DNA from: Centroscyllium fabricii
Lineage: Eukaryota
DNA length: 64,000 bases
Assembly (NCBI GenBank): GCA_051313645.2
Contig: JBNRSN020000012.1
Span: 177,444,001 to 177,508,000, forward strand
Direction: 5' to 3'
How positions within the stretch are numbered: the first letter of the stretch is position 1; every line of letters starts with the position of its first letter. Below the pieces are notes generated by a model. It was not told the DNA's origin. It did not search any database and saw only the letters and a program-made list of their open reading frames with translations. The translations under genes and the position numbers were made by a program. Positions 1 through 13,256 of the stretch are shown piece by piece.

Positions 1-265
1 ACCAGTATTTATTGCCCATCCCTCATTTCCCTGAGGTGAATGAGAATCAATCACTTAGTGTGGGACTGGAGTCACAGATAGGCCCAGGCCAGGTAGAGGT
101 GACAGCTTCCCTTCTCTGAAGGACATTGGTGAACCAGTTGAGTTTATTGCCAGCAGTCTGTCAGAATGCATGGCAATTATTTTGGTGCTGATCCATAACT
201 CACCAAATTTATTAAATTCACTTTGCCTTGGGGGGATTTCAACTTGTGACCTTGGGGTTACTACA
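1..265 (-). mobile_element. Degenerate tRNA-derived SINE whose 3' tail matches the L2/Daphne-like LINE family at 52619-53970
   Basis: Reverse complement ends ...GAGGGATGGGCAATAAATACTGGT, resembling the LINE tail GGGCAATTAGGGATGGGCACTAAATGC at ~53895. The body resembles a common shark SINE (GGTTCACCAATGTCCTTCAG...GTGACTCCAG), recalled from memory. Confidence 0.6.
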
Positions 266-375
266 GCAGTGGTGGGACCACTCTTCTAACTCCGCAGTGG
301 CTGCGGCGCTGGATGAGAAACTAGAGCGGTTACAAACTTGGTTTAACTGAGTGGGTTGACGTCGTCTGATGGTCT

Positions 376-779
376 GGGGTAATTGGCCTATCTCTCCTCT
401 ACCGCTGACCCATAGCCTTTGTGCTGCCCCTTGTATCTCTGGCACTTCATCCACAACCTGCCAGCTCTGGTAAGTTGCCGGAGCCAAAGACGTGGCAGGG
501 GTGGTGGCGCGGGTGGTGGGATGATTGGAATTGCCAGCAGGCTTTCGCAGTGACAGGTCACAGTTAAAATCGCGGTCAAAGCCTGAGGACATCGTCGAAC
601 CCTGATCTGTATATTTAAAGAAGGACCCCCGCCATTTTCGATCAGGGTGTCCTTGCCACCTGCTCAGAAGAGCTGGTGAAAATGGAAGACGGTGAGATCC
701 AGACGGGTAAACCACCCGGCCGATTTCAGCCGCTTGCCTGCCCGGTTTCCGCTCGGCAGCCAGGGTCACAATTGACCCC
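376..779. mobile_element. Possible GC-rich MITE remnant
   Basis: Imperfect terminal inverted repeats GGGGTAATTG (376) and CAATTGACCCC (ending 779). No clear TSD. Confidence 0.3.
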
Positions 780-1520
780 TAGATATCAGGGTCGTGGCTT
801 TCACCAAAAGCACGACATTAGCCACAGGGAATACTCAGGAGGATGAAGAGTCGGTTTGGGTGGTGGATGATGATGGAGAAGCTGGCTCGAGCTGTGAAGG
901 TGCAGCGGGACCTCGTGGGTTGGTGCTGAGTGATGTTGTGCTCTCAGCTGCCAAGGCACCATAGAGGTTGCAAGTTGGGTCCGTGCTGAGCTAGGTGGGA
1001 CATCGGATGGGCTGGTTAAAGCACCCTCGGCTAGGGTGGAACAAAATCAACCAGACCTCCTGCCCCTCTGCTCGCTCTCCAGTGGCATCTGCTACTTGGT
1101 GTACCCCTGATTGATACTGATGTGAGGACAGATGATTGTAGTCTAATAACCTATCTCAGCTCATCCATGTGAAATGTTAACTTGCCGCCTGAACTCCTGG
1201 GGTATAGCTGAGAAAAGGAGAACTTCATTTCAATGACAGAGACCCGAGGAGAACGTATGAGAAGAGCCCTTGTCATTGTGCTGACATCAGGTACCAGTGA
1301 TGGGATGATGCCTTTCATGGTGCTTGACTGCTTTTGCCATCTGCTTGCGACGGAACATGGTGAAGACTTGGCAGGGATGTGTTTGTGAAAACACTGGCCC
1401 ATTAAATGGTGGGTGAACAGTCTCAGATAAAATCTTCCCACCCAGGAGAGGGCAGGAACCTTTTTTAGCGTTTACAGACGGTGCCATTTGCGGTGGATGA
1501 AAGCTCGTCCCCGCTGCGCT

Positions 1521-4500
1521 GACCCACCCACTGCGCTATTGCTATCCCACATGCAGCGCTATCGCTATCCGACCCACTGCGCTATCGCTATACCACCCAC
1601 TGCACTATCACTATCCCACCCACAGCACTATCGCTATCCCACCCACAGCACTATCGCTATCCCACCCACAGCACTACCGCTATCCCACCCACAGCACTAT
1701 CGCTATCCGACCCACTGCGCTATCGCTATACCACCCACTGCACTATCACTATCCCACCCACTGCACTATCGCTATCCCACCCACAGCACTATCGCTATCC
1801 CACCCACAGCACTATCGCTATCCCACCCACAGCACTACCGCTATCCCACCCACAGCACTATCGCTATCCGACCCACTGCGCTATCGCTATACCACCCACA
1901 GCACTATCGCTAACCCACCCACTGTGCTATTGCTATCCCACCCACAGCATTATCGCTATCACACCCACAGCCCTATCGCTCTGCTAACCGCAGGGCTATT
2001 GGTATCCCACCCACAGTGTTATCGCTATCTCACGCTCAGCGCTATCGCTATCTCACTTACAGCACTATCGCTATCCCACCCACAGCACTAACCCTTTCCC
2101 ACCCACAGCGCTATCGCAAACCCATCCACTGTGCTATCGCTACCCCACCCACAGCATTATCGCTACCCACCTACAGCACTATCGCTATCCCACCCACAGC
2201 ACTATCGCTTTCCCACCCACAGCGCTATCGCAAACCCATCCACTGTGCTATCGCTGTCCCCCCCACAGCATTATCGCTATCCCACCCACAGCGTTATCGC
2301 TATCTCATGCACAGCGCTATCGCTATCCCACCCACATCACTATCACTATCCCACCCACAGCACTATCACTATCCCATCCACAGCGCTATCGCTATCCAAC
2401 CCACAGCGCTATCGCTACCCACCCACAGCGCTATCGCTATTCCACCCACAGCACTATCGCTATCTCACCCACAGCACTATCGGTATCCCACCCACAGCAC
2501 TATCGCTATCCCACCCACAGCACTATCGCTATCTCACCCACAGCGCTATCGCTATCCCACCCACAGCACTATCACTATCCCACCCACAGCACTATCGCTA
2601 TCCCACCCACAGCACTATCGCTATCTCACCCACAGCGCTATCGCTATCCCACCCACAGCACTATCGCTATCCCACCCACAGCACTATCGCTATCTCACCC
2701 ACAGCGCTATCGCTACCCACCCACAGCACTATCGCTATCCCACCCACAGCACTATCACTATCCCACCCACAGCGCTATCGCTATCACACCCACAGCGCTA
2801 TCGCTATCTCACCCACAGCGCTATCGCTACCCACCCACAGCACTATCGCTATCTCACACACAGCACTATCGCTACCCCACACACAGCACTATCGGTATCC
2901 CACCCACAGCGCTATCACTATCCCACCCACTGCACTATCGCTATGCCACCCACAGCACTATCGCTATCCCACCCACAGCGATACCGCTATCCCACATACA
3001 GCGCTATCGCTATTCCACCCACTGTGCTAACGCTATCCCACCCACAGTGCTATCACTATCCCACCCACAGCGCTATCGCTATCCCACCCACTGCGCTATC
3101 ACTACCTCATCCACAGCGATATTGTTATCCCACCCACAGCGCTATCGCTATCCCACCCACAGTGCTATCGCTATCCCAAGCGCAGCAATATCGCTATCCC
3201 ACCCACAGCGCTATTGCTATCCCACCCAAAATGCTATCGCTATCCCTCCCACTGTGCTATCGCTATATCGCACCCACAGCGCTATCGCTAACCCACCCAC
3301 TGTGCTATCGCTAGCCCAGCCCGTGCACTATCACTCTCCCACCCACAGCACTATCGCTATCCCACCCACAGCGTTATCGCTATTGCACCCGCCCACAGCA
3401 CTATCGCTATCCCACCCACAGCGCTATCGCTATACCACCTACAGCACTATCCCACCTGCAGCACTATCGCTACCCCAGCCACAGAGCTATCGCTATCCCA
3501 CCCACAGTGCTATCGCTATCCCACCCACAGCACTATCTCTATCCCACCCACAGCACTATCACTAACCCACCCACAGCGCTATCGCTATCCCACCCACAGT
3601 GCTATCGCTATCCCACCCACAGCACTATCACTATCCCACCCACAGCACTATCGCTATCCCACCAACGGTGCAATCCCGCCCGCAGGACTATCCCACCCGC
3701 AGAGCTATCCCGCCTGGAGTACTATCCCACCCGCAGGGTTGTCCCACCCGCAGGATTATCCCACCCGCAGCACTCTCCCAACCGCAGGGCAATCCCACCC
3801 GCAGGGTTATCCTGCCCGCAGGGCTATCCCATTGCAGGGCTATCCCACCCACAGGGCTATCGCGCCCACAGCACTATCCCATCCGCAGCACTATCCCACC
3901 CGCAGGGCTATCCCGCCTGCAGGGTTATCCCACCCGCAGGGCTACCCCACACGCAGCACTATCCCACCTGCAGCAATATCCCACCCACAGGGTTATTCCG
4001 CCCGCTGGGTTTTCCCACCCGCAGCACTATCCCATCCGCAGCACTATCCCACCCGCAGCACAATCTCACCCGCAGGGTTAACCCCCCCGCAGCTCTATCC
4101 CACCCGCAGCACCATCCCACCCGCAGCACAATCGCACCCACTAGGTTATCCCACCCGCAGCACAATCCCACCCGCAGCTCTATCCCACCCGCAGCACAAT
4201 CCCACCCGCAGGGCTATCCCGCCTGGAGTACTATCCCACCCGCAGGGTTGTCCCACCGGCAGGGTTATCCCACCCGCAGCACAATCCCACACGCAGGGCA
4301 ATCCCACCCGCAGGGCAATCCCACCCGCAGGGTTATCCTGCCCGCAGGGCTATCCCATCCCCAGGGCTATCCCACCCGCAGGGCTATCGCGCCCACAGCA
4401 CTATCCCATCCGCAGCACTATCCCACCCGCAGGGCTATCCCGCCTGCAGGGTTATCCCACCCACAGCACTATCCCACCCGCAGCACTATCCCACCCGCAG

Positions 4501-5443
4501 CACTATCCCACCCGCAGGGTTAATCTGCCCGCTGGGTTTTCCCACCCGCAGCAAAATCCCACCCGCAGGGTATTCCACCCGCAGGGTTATCCCCCCCACC
4601 GCAGCTCTAATTCACCCGCAGCACAATCCCAGCCGCAGCACAATCCCACCCGCAGCTCTATCCCACCCACAGCACAATCCCACCCGCAGGGCTATCCCAC
4701 CCGCAGAGCTATCCCGCCTGGAGTACTATCTCACCCGTAGGGTTGTCCCACCCGCAGGTTTGTCCCACCCGCAGCACTATCTCACCCGCAGGGCGATCCC
4801 ACCCGCAGTATTATCCCACCCGCAGGGTTATCCCACCCGCAGGGCAATCCCACCCGCAGGGTTATCCCACCCGCAGTATTATCCCACCCGCAGGGCTATC
4901 GCGCCCACAGCACTATCCCATCCGCAGCACTATCCCACCCGCAGGGCTATCCCGCCTGCAGGGTTATCACACCCGCAGGGTTATCCCACCCGCAGCACTA
5001 TCCCACCCGCAGGGCTATCCCGCCTGCAGGGTTATCCCACCCGCAGGGTTATCCCACCCGCAGCACTATCCCACCCGCAGCACTATCCCACCCGCAGGGC
5101 TACCCCACATGCAGCACTATCCCACCCGCAGCACTATCCCACCCGCAGGGCTACCCCACACGCAGCACTATCCCACCCGCAGGGTTGTCCCACCCGCAGC
5201 ACTATCGCACCCGCAGCACTATCACACCCGCAGCACTATCCCACCCGCATGGTTATCCCACCCGCAGCACAATGCCACCCGCAGGGTTATCCCACCCACA
5301 GCACTATCCCACCCGCAGGATTATCCCACCCACAGCACTATCCCACCCGCAGCTCTATCCCACCCGCAGCACTATCCTACTCGCAGGGTTATCCCACCAG
5401 CAGCACTATCCCACCCACAGCACTATCCCACCCGCAGGGTTAT
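1521..5443. repeat. Compound minisatellite: 23-bp unit (CTATCCCACCCACAGCACTATCG) to ~3665, then related 17-bp unit (ACTATCCCACCCGCAGC)
   Basis: Read directly. The ORF track shows 23-aa and 17-aa periodicities (three units per period). A few more 17-mer-like units lie at ~6754-6820, beyond the CR1 insertion. Confidence 0.95.
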
Positions 5444-6753
5444 AAGAACATAAGAACTTAAGAAATAGGAGCAGGAGTAGGCCAATTGGCACCTCGAGCC
5501 TGCTCCGCCATTCAACAAGATCATGGCTGATCTGATCCTAACCTCAAATCTACTTTCACTCTCCATCCTGCCGAAACCCATGTGATCTCCCTGGAGAGGC
5601 GAAAAAACAGATTAAAAAAACCAGTGGCCAATTTGGGAGAAATAATCTTGGAAATTCCTCTCCGACCCATCTAGACAATTGACAAAAATCTAGGAGATCA
5701 CTTGGCTGATCTAAACCTAGCCTCACATCCACTTACCTGCCCGTTCACCGTAACCCCTAATTCCCTTTGCTTCTAGGAAACTGTCTATCTCTGTTTTAAA
5801 TTTATTCAATGTAGTAGCTTCCACAGCTCTCTGGGGCAGCAAATTCCACAGCCCCACCACCCTCTGAGTGAAGAAGTTTCTCCTCATCTCAGTTTTGAAA
5901 GGGCAGCCCCTTATTTTAAGATTATGCCCCCTAGTCCTAGTTTCACCCACCATTGGGAACATCCTCACCGCATCCACCTGATCAAGCCCCTTCACAATCT
6001 TATATGTTTCAATCATAACGCCTCTCATTCTTCTGAACTCCAATGAGTAGAGGCCCAATCTACTCAACCTCTCATCATATGTCAGCCCCCTCATCCCCGG
6101 GATCAACCTAGTGAACCTTCTCTGCACTGCCTCGAGAGCAAGTATGTCTTTTCTTAAATATGGACACCAGAACTGCACGCAGTACTCCAGGTGTGGTCTC
6201 ACCAATACCCTGTACAACTGCAGCAAGACCTCCCTGTTTTTATACTCCATCCCCTTAGCAATAAAAGCCAACATTCCGTTGGCCTTCCTGATCACATGCT
6301 GCACCTGCATACTAACTTTTTGTGTTTCTGCACCAGGACCCCCAGATCCCTTTGCACTGAAGTACTTTCCAGTTTCTTTCCATTAAGATAATAACTCGCT
6401 CTATTATTTTTTTCTGCCAAAGTGCACAACCTCACACTGTATTATATTTCATCTGCCAAATCTCTGCCCACTCACTTAGTCTGTCTATGTCCTTTTGCAG
6501 GTTTTTAATGTCCTCCTCACTCATCACTCTCCCTCCCATCTTTGTATCGTCTACTAACTTTGATATGTTGCACTTGGTCCCTTCCTCCAAATCGTTAATA
6601 TAGATTGTAAAGAGTTGGGGTCCCAGCACCGACCCCTGCGGAACACCACTAGTCACTGATTTCCAGTCTGAGAATGAACCATTTATCCCAACTCTCTGCT
6701 TTCTGTTAGATAGGCAATCCTCCACCCATGCCAGAATATTACCCCCAATCCTG
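5444..6753 (-). mobile_element. 5'-truncated CR1 LINE (RT C-terminal part, 3' UTR, microsatellite tail) inserted in the minisatellite
   Basis: ORFs 6432-6725 ([16 protein letters not shown]) and 5723-6310 (VRPHLEYCVQFW, EFRRMRG). Tail AAGAACATAAGAAC on the + strand. Confidence 0.92.
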
Positions 6754-7202
6754 TGGTTATCTTACCCACTGTACCATCCCGCCCGCAGTGTTATCCCACC
6801 CACAGGGCTATCCCGCCCGTCAGTTCCAGCAGTTTACTTTTTCATTTCCTTCTAAAAGCAGATGTCGGTTAGGGGTCAGAGAAGGGGGCAGATTTTCTGA
6901 TGAGAAGTCCTGCACAGACATTCGAGGTACCCAGCAGAATGTGAGATGGAAATAATAAGCATTCTGAAGTGTTTTATTTTATTAGTGCTGTAACACTGAC
7001 AGGGCCGCAACAGGAGCTGACAGGTCTGACATATTTATAGCATGACAGTATGAGAAACCGCTGTTTATTAATTCAACTTCAGCATAAATCTATTACGCTG
7101 ATGGTGTGAATAAAAAATGACTAAGGACCGATTGCAGTTTGAACTGACTCCCTCATTCAGTGCAAGCTGAACTGTTTCAGGACTGAACCAAGGCTGATCA
7201 CG

Positions 7203-8460
7203 AAGGAGGAACGCGACAGACACCTACAGACACTGAAAGACGCCCTCGTAAGAACGGGGTATGACACTCGACTCATCGATCGACAGTTCCGACGGGCCAC
7301 AATGAAAAATCGCGTAGATCTCCTCAGAAGACAAACACGGGACACAACCAACAGAGTACCCTTTGTCGTCCAGTACTTCCCCGGAGCGGAGAAACTACGC
7401 CATGTTCTTCGCAGCCTTCAGCATGTCATTGATGATGACGAACACCTCGCTAAGGCCATCCCCGCGCCTCCACTACTCGCCTTCAAACAGCCACCTAACC
7501 TCAAACAGACTATAGTTCGCAGCAAATTACCCAGCCTTCAGGAGAACAGCAACCACGACACCACACAACCCTGCCACAGCAACCTCTGCAAAACGTGCCA
7601 AATCATCAGCACAGATACAATCATCACACGTGAGGACACAACACACCAGGTACATGGTACATACTCATGTAACTCGACCAATGTTGTCTACCTCATACGT
7701 TGCAGGAAAGGATGCCCCGGCGCATGGTACATCGGCGAGACCATGCAGACACTACGACAACGGATGAACGGGCACCGCGCAACAATCGCCAGGCAGGAAT
7801 GTTCCCTCCCAGTCGGGGAACATTTCAGCGGTCAAGGACATTCAGCTTCCGATCTTCGGGTGAGCATTCTCCAGGGTGGCCTTCAAGATACACGACAACG
7901 CAAAATCGTCGAGCAGAGGCTGATTGCCAAGTTCCGCACCCATGAGCACGGCCTCAACCGTGATATTGGGTTTATGTCACGCTACATGTGACCCCGCCTG
8001 GCGTGGAGTCGTCCAGACCCGAACCATTTTTGGCTTGCTCTGCAATTTTGAGTAAGAAAAATCATGGTTTTTATAAAAAAAGTAATACTGTGGGACTTAC
8101 AGCAGACTAGCGTTAGGCCCTGTGACTGCACCCCTTTGATGTGTTTTTTTTTGCTTTAATAAGGGGGGGAAAAAAATCATTCTGTGTGTTTTGAGCATGT
8201 GACCACCCTTGCAATTGTGCCCCATTGTTCGCAGATTGAGGTGTTAAGGTATGCTAATATGCTTGTGTGCTCTAGGGGAAGAGGTCGGATTTCTCCCTTC
8301 CTCCGATATGTGTGATCTTTAAATCAGTCTCTTCTGTCACCTGAGGAAGGAGCAGCGCTCCGAAAGCTTGTGATTTAAAATAAAACGTTGGACTATAAAC
8401 CTGGTGTTGTGTGACTTTTTGCATTTGTCCACCCCAGTCCAACACCGGCACCTCCACATT
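7203..8460 (+). mobile_element. Penelope-like element, 3' fragment (RT thumb/linker, GIY-YIG endonuclease, 3' non-coding part)
   Basis: ORF 7302-7991 has CKTC, NVVYLIRC..C..WYIGET..LRQRMNGH and GLN, typical of the PLE GIY-YIG domain. Hammerhead motif at 8337-8373. Confidence 0.9.
8337..8373 (+). ncRNA. Minimal type-I hammerhead ribozyme motif of the Penelope element
   Basis: Stem I TCAC/GTGA; core CTGAGGA(A); stem II GGAGC-AGC-GCTCC; GAAA; palindromic AGCT in place of stem III; UH site TT. Confidence 0.8.
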
Positions 8461-8604
8461 ATGATCACTAATGGACTGTGTTGGCACAGTGACTGGCTGT
8501 GCTGTGGTGAGAATGGCAAAAAATACCGGGTACACTGGACAAATCACTCATAACATTTAAGGATTGACATTCTGATCAACAAAGTTCATGTCCAAACGTA
8601 TAAT

Positions 8605-8950
8605 TAAAAAAAAAATATTTATGGAATGTGGGTGTCTTTGGCAAGGCCAGCATTTATTGCCCATCCTTAATTGCCCTTGAGAATGTGGTGGTGAGCCATC
8701 TTCTTGAACCGCTGCAGTCCGTGTGATGAAAGTACTCCTACAGCGCTGTTAGGGAGGGAGATCCAGGATTTTGACCCAGCGACGATGAAGGATTGGCGAT
8801 ATACTTCTAAGTGAGGATGGTATGTGACTTGGAGGGGAACTTGGAGGTGGTGGTGTTCCCATGCGCCTGCTGCCCTTGTCCTTCTAGGTGGCAGAATTTG
8901 CGGGTTTGTGAGGTGCTGCCGAAGAGGCCTTGGCGCGTTTTTGCAATGCA
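8605..8950 (-). mobile_element. 3' end of an L2/Daphne-like (CR1-group) LINE; continues at 23768-23963
   Basis: Reverse complement of the 3' UTR at 53640-53970. The sequence resumes colinearly at 23768 after the nested CR1/Gypsy block. Confidence 0.85.
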
Positions 8951-9373
8951 TAGGGTCTGATGAAAGGGAGGAACTGAAAGAAATCAGTATTTGTAGGGAA
9001 ATGGTGTTAAGGAAATTTACAGGATTGAACGCTGGAATCTGGAACAGTACCCATGGATGGAGGGTAGCTAATGTTACCACTGTAGAACTGCAAGCACTCA
9101 AAAGAATACACAGAGACAGAGCTAAAGGGAAAACACAACTTTACTCTAAGAATTCAAAACCTGGAAGAGGCAGAACCACGATGTATCAACATATTCAAAA
9201 AACTGTCCCGCCGTTGGTGACGTCATCACGTCCACCGACGTGGTGACGCAACCGCATCACGTGGGTGATCGAGCTGCGCTCCGCGGAGCCCCGTTGGCGG
9301 ATTCGTAGTCCCAGCGGGTGTGCCGCTACACAGCTCCCCCCAGAATCCGTCCGGGAGAAATAAATTGCCGTGT

Positions 9374-12300
9374 CTATGTGTGCCGTTGGGGCGGTCGGAT
9401 GATGCGGCCGGACCGTGTTGCTCGTTGTTGCCGGTTCTGCGTTGGAGTGTGGGCGGGTTTAGGTGCGGGAGGGCGACCGCGTTGTGGTGGTTGCGCGGGG
9501 ACCGTGGTCTCGCCCGCTGTCACGTGTGCCGGCTTGAGCCGGTCTATAGTTACTATCTCAGTTCTTTTGCCCATTTGTAACTCGAAGAACTTGTCTCCCG
9601 CCCGAAGCACTCTGTAAGGGCCATCGTACTGTGGCTGTAAAGGGGCTCGGTGCCCGTCTCGTCGGATAAATACCCATTTTGAATTTTTAATGTTCTCTGG
9701 CACCCGAGCTGCCGGCTCTCCGTGCCGGGCCACTGGCAATGGCTGAAAGGCTCGTGCCGGGTTTGCCCAGTCTTTTAAATACTGGTCTGCTGACCAGGGT
9801 GAGTTGGCCTCAGCCAAAAATTCGCCCGGTACCGTCAAAGCCTGGCCGTAGACGAGCTCTGCTGCTGAGGCGTTGAGGTCCTCTTTGACTGCCGAGCGCA
9901 GCCCGAGGAGGACCCATGGAAGGCGGTCGGTCCATGAAGCATCCTTCAGCGTGGCCCGCAATGATGCCTTCATTGAGCGGTGGAACCGTTCGCATAGGCC
10001 GTTCGCCTGTGGGTGGTATGCGGTGGTCCTGTGTAGCGTCACTCCGAGGTCGCGAGCGATGGCTGCCCATAGAGTTGACGTAAACTGAGGTCCTCTGTCG
10101 GAGGTGATGTCTGTGGGTACGCCGAATCGGGCGATCCATGTGGCGATGAACGCCCTGGCCAGGTCCGTGGTGTTGGTGGCCGTGAGGGGAACTGCTTCAG
10201 GCCAGCGAGTGTTGCGGTCGACCATGGTCAGTAGGTGCGTGTGGCCGCGAGATGCTGGTAGAGGCCCAACGAGGTCAATATGAACGTGGTCAAAGCGTCT
10301 GGCCGGTACTTTAAAATTTTGCAGCGGTGCCTTGATGTGCTTGTGCACTTTGGAGCGCTGGCAGGCTATGCATGAGGTGGCCCAGACGCTGACATCTTTG
10401 CGCAGGCCGCGCCATACGAACCGGGCCGATATGAGTCTAATGGACGCGCGGACGCCGGGGTGTGACAGGTCGTGGAGGGTCGCAAAGATTTGTTGTCTCC
10501 AAGCGAGGGGCACGACGGGCCTGGGTTGTTGTAAGGAAACGTCGCAGCAGATGACGGTGGCAGCGGGACCGTGCGCGACATTGGCCAAGCGTAGGCCAGG
10601 GAGTTTAGTGGCTGCGTTGAGTAGGTCAGGGTCGGCCAGCTGGTCGGCGGCCAGCTGGGCGTAATCAACTGCCATTTGGGCGGCGTTGATGGTGGGGCGT
10701 GAGAGGCAGTCAGCGACTACATTGTCGCGGCCGGAAATGTGCTGAATGTCGGTTGTGAATTCCGACACGGCCGTGAGTTGTCGCTGCTGCCTGGCCGACC
10801 AGGGTTCAGCTACCTTAGCCATCGCAAACGTGAGTGGCTTGTGGTCGGTGAAGGCTGTAAAGTGTCGGCCCTCCAGAAGGAACCGAAAATGTCGCACCGC
10901 CAGATGGAGAGCCAGTAGCTCCCCATCAAAGGCGCTGTATTTAACCTCTGGGGGCCGGAGTTGCCGGCTGAAAAAGGCCAGGGGCTGCCACGAGTTGCCG
11001 GTCCACTGCTCAAATACGGCCCCGACCGCGTGGTCGGAGGCGTCGGTGGTGAGGGCTACTCTGGCGTTGGGCCTAGGGTGTGCTAGAAGGGTGGCGTTTG
11101 CCAGGGCGGTTTTGGTTGCGGTGAAGGCGGTGGCGGCGTCGGCCGTCCACTCGACCGCAGCCTTGTTGGACTGCCCGCGGGTGGCCTGGTATAAGGGGGC
11201 CATGAGGGCGGCTGCTCCCGGGATAAATCGGTTATAGAAATTAACCATGCCCAAGAATTCTTGCAGTCCCTTAATGGAGTGCGGGCGAGGGAATTCTTGC
11301 ACCGCCTGCGCTTTCGAGGGCAGGGGTATGGCTCCTGCCTGGGAAATGCGGTGGCCGAGGAAATCGATGGTCTCGAGGCCAAATTTGCATTTAGTGGGGC
11401 TTAAGATAAGGCCGTGTTCGGTAAGGCGCTGGAACAGGGTCCTGAGGTGGAGGAGGTGTTCCTGAGGAGAGGAGCTGGCCACGAGGATGTCGTCCAAATA
11501 GACGAAGATGAACTTCAAGTCCCGTAGGACTGAGTCCATGAGGCGCTGGAAGGCCTGGGCCGCGTTTTTAAGGCCGAAGGGCATCCTCAAAAATTCAAAG
11601 AGCCCGAAGGGGGTGATCACGGCCGTTTTGGGGATGTCCGCCGAGTGCACGGGTACCTGGTGGTAGCCACGCACCAGGTCGATCTTAGAAAAGATCGTGC
11701 GCCCTGCCAGTCTGGCGGAAAAGTCCTGGATGTGGGGTACGGGGTACCTATCCGGGGTGGTGGCGTTGTTGAGGCGGCGGTAGTCGCCGCAGGGGCGCCA
11801 ACCTCCGTCGGGCTTGGGGGCTATGTGGAGCGGGGAGGACCAGGGGCTGTTGGAGCGGCGGATAATGCCGAGTTGTTCCATGGTGCGGAACTCGGTGATG
11901 GCGATCTCCAGCTTAGCTGGGTCGAGCCTACGGGCGTGTGCATGGACGGGCGGGCCTGTGGTGGTTATGTAATGCTCTACCCCGTGTTTGGCCTTGCGGG
12001 AGGTGAACGTGGGGTTGGTAAGGGCGGGAAATTCCGCCAGGAGTGTGCCGTAGGCATCGCGGTCCTTGGAGCGGCATTGGGCTGCCGCGTGGGTCAGGAG
12101 TGCGCGCCCTGTGGAACATGGAATGGTCGTCATGGTGCTTAGATTCACCAGGCGGCGCCGGGTTACATCGACCAGTAGGCCGTTGGCGCAGAGGAAATCT
12201 GCCCCGAGGAGGGGAGAGGTGACCTGGGCCGTTACAAACTCCCAGGTGTACGTGTGGCCTGCAAGGGTAATAGTCAGCTCGCGGGTGCCGTACGTTTTAA

Positions 12301-13195
12301 TGCTGGACCCGTTGGCTGCCGCTAGTGGCGGGCCGCGGGTGCCTCGTTTGGTTTCTGCGGGGGAGGCTGGCACGATGCTGTGCTGCGCGCCTGTGTCGCA
12401 GAGGAACCTGAGGCCGGTGCCGCTGTCGGTGGCGAAGAGGAGTGCTCCTGTGTGGCCTACCGACATGGTGGAGGCTGAGTTAGGTTTAAACGTGCACGGC
12501 TGGACGCAGCGGTGCGCTTTGTGCTCAAACCGCGTGTGATAATAGCACCAGCCGGTGCTAGAGGGACGCGGTTGTCTGGGCGGGCGTGGGGCCTTGGGTT
12601 CGGGCGTAAAATTGTGCCCGGGGGCCGAATAGTTGCGCTCTACCGATGCTGAGTTGGGAGCGCACGTGGTAGAGCTGGTGCGCTGCGCCGCCATAAGCCT
12701 GTCGGCTTCCTCGCCGAGTTCGTCGTCGCTAAGGTGGGCTAGGGCTGCCAGGGCAGGTCTGATTGCGCGGGGCAATTTGAGGAGAAAAACCGTGCGAAAT
12801 AGGGTGGCAGGGTTGGGAGTAAGCGCCTGCATCTGACCTAGCAGGTCCGATGGGTCGGTGTCCCCGAGCTCGGGGAGGTCGAGGAGTTGGCAGTCGCGCT
12901 CGAACTGGGAAGGGGTAAACTTCTTAATCAGCGCGGCCTTAAGTGTTTCGTACCTGCCTACGGAGGGCACGCGCTGGATCGTTGACCACATCCTATCGAC
13001 GGTCGTTTGGGGCAGAGCTGTGAAGACCAAGTCGTAGCGGTCGTCCCCGTTGACGCCATTTGAACGGCAGCTGGCTTCTATGCAGCTAAACCAGGCCGCT
13101 GGCCGTTGCTCCCAGAACTCAGGCAAAACAAGTCCGCGCCCGGTGTTCCGTCCAGCCCCCTGTGATCGTGGAGCTTGGTTCCTTGGTTTGGACAT
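9374..13195 (-). CDS. Gag-Pol polyprotein of element A (1273 aa from the first ATG after the PBS)
   Basis: Gag LPEFW..PAAWF and CYYH-x9-C-x3-C (CHCC) motif; protease DTGA; RT YLDD; RNase H TDAS/TDHKPL/ADCLSR; integrase HHCC, D,D,E (HIDLVG, SDRG, LCERF); GPY module. Confidence 0.93.
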   Translation of the reverse strand: MSKPRNQAPRSQGAGRNTGRGLVLPEFWEQRPAAWFSCIEASCRSNGVNGDDRYDLVFTALPQTTVDRMWSTIQRVPSVGRYETLKAALIKKFTPSQFERDCQLLDLPELGDTDPSDLLGQMQALTPNPATLFRTVFLLKLPRAIRPALAALAHLSDDELGEEADRLMAAQRTSSTTCAPNSASVERNYSAPGHNFTPEPKAPRPPRQPRPSSTGWCYYHTRFEHKAHRCVQPCTFKPNSASTMSVGHTGALLFATDSGTGLRFLCDTGAQHSIVPASPAETKRGTRGPPLAAANGSSIKTYGTRELTITLAGHTYTWEFVTAQVTSPLLGADFLCANGLLVDVTRRRLVNLSTMTTIPCSTGRALLTHAAAQCRSKDRDAYGTLLAEFPALTNPTFTSRKAKHGVEHYITTTGPPVHAHARRLDPAKLEIAITEFRTMEQLGIIRRSNSPWSSPLHIAPKPDGGWRPCGDYRRLNNATTPDRYPVPHIQDFSARLAGRTIFSKIDLVRGYHQVPVHSADIPKTAVITPFGLFEFLRMPFGLKNAAQAFQRLMDSVLRDLKFIFVYLDDILVASSSPQEHLLHLRTLFQRLTEHGLILSPTKCKFGLETIDFLGHRISQAGAIPLPSKAQAVQEFPRPHSIKGLQEFLGMVNFYNRFIPGAAALMAPLYQATRGQSNKAAVEWTADAATAFTATKTALANATLLAHPRPNARVALTTDASDHAVGAVFEQWTGNSWQPLAFFSRQLRPPEVKYSAFDGELLALHLAVRHFRFLLEGRHFTAFTDHKPLTFAMAKVAEPWSARQQRQLTAVSEFTTDIQHISGRDNVVADCLSRPTINAAQMAVDYAQLAADQLADPDLLNAATKLPGLRLANVAHGPAATVICCDVSLQQPRPVVPLAWRQQIFATLHDLSHPGVRASIRLISARFVWRGLRKDVSVWATSCIACQRSKVHKHIKAPLQNFKVPARRFDHVHIDLVGPLPASRGHTHLLTMVDRNTRWPEAVPLTATNTTDLARAFIATWIARFGVPTDITSDRGPQFTSTLWAAIARDLGVTLHRTTAYHPQANGLCERFHRSMKASLRATLKDASWTDRLPWVLLGLRSAVKEDLNASAAELVYGQALTVPGEFLAEANSPWSADQYLKDWANPARAFQPLPVARHGEPAARVPENIKNSKWVFIRRDGHRAPLQPQYDGPYRVLRAGDKFFELQMGKRTEIVTIDRLKPAHVTAGETTVPAQPPQRGRPPAPKPAHTPTQNRQQRATRSGRIIRPPQRHT

Positions 13196-13243
13196 TTTTA
13201 AATGCTGCAGCTCTTCTTCACTGGACTGGAAGTCGTTCCAGTT

Positions 13244-13256
13244 GTCGGGGTCACCA
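13244..13256 (-). promoter_or_regulatory. Primer-binding site complementary to the 3' end of tRNA-Trp
   Basis: TGGTGACCCCGAC, 1 nt after the 5' LTR of element A; complementary to ...GUCGGGGUCACCA. Confidence 0.85.

Noticed and set aside
239-1487. Short ORFs at the window start
   Set aside because: No recognisable homology or convincing splice context.
1488-5461. Long Pro/His/Ser-rich ORFs (up to 432 aa)
   Set aside because: By-products of a stop-poor tandem repeat open in all three frames; no other gene evidence.
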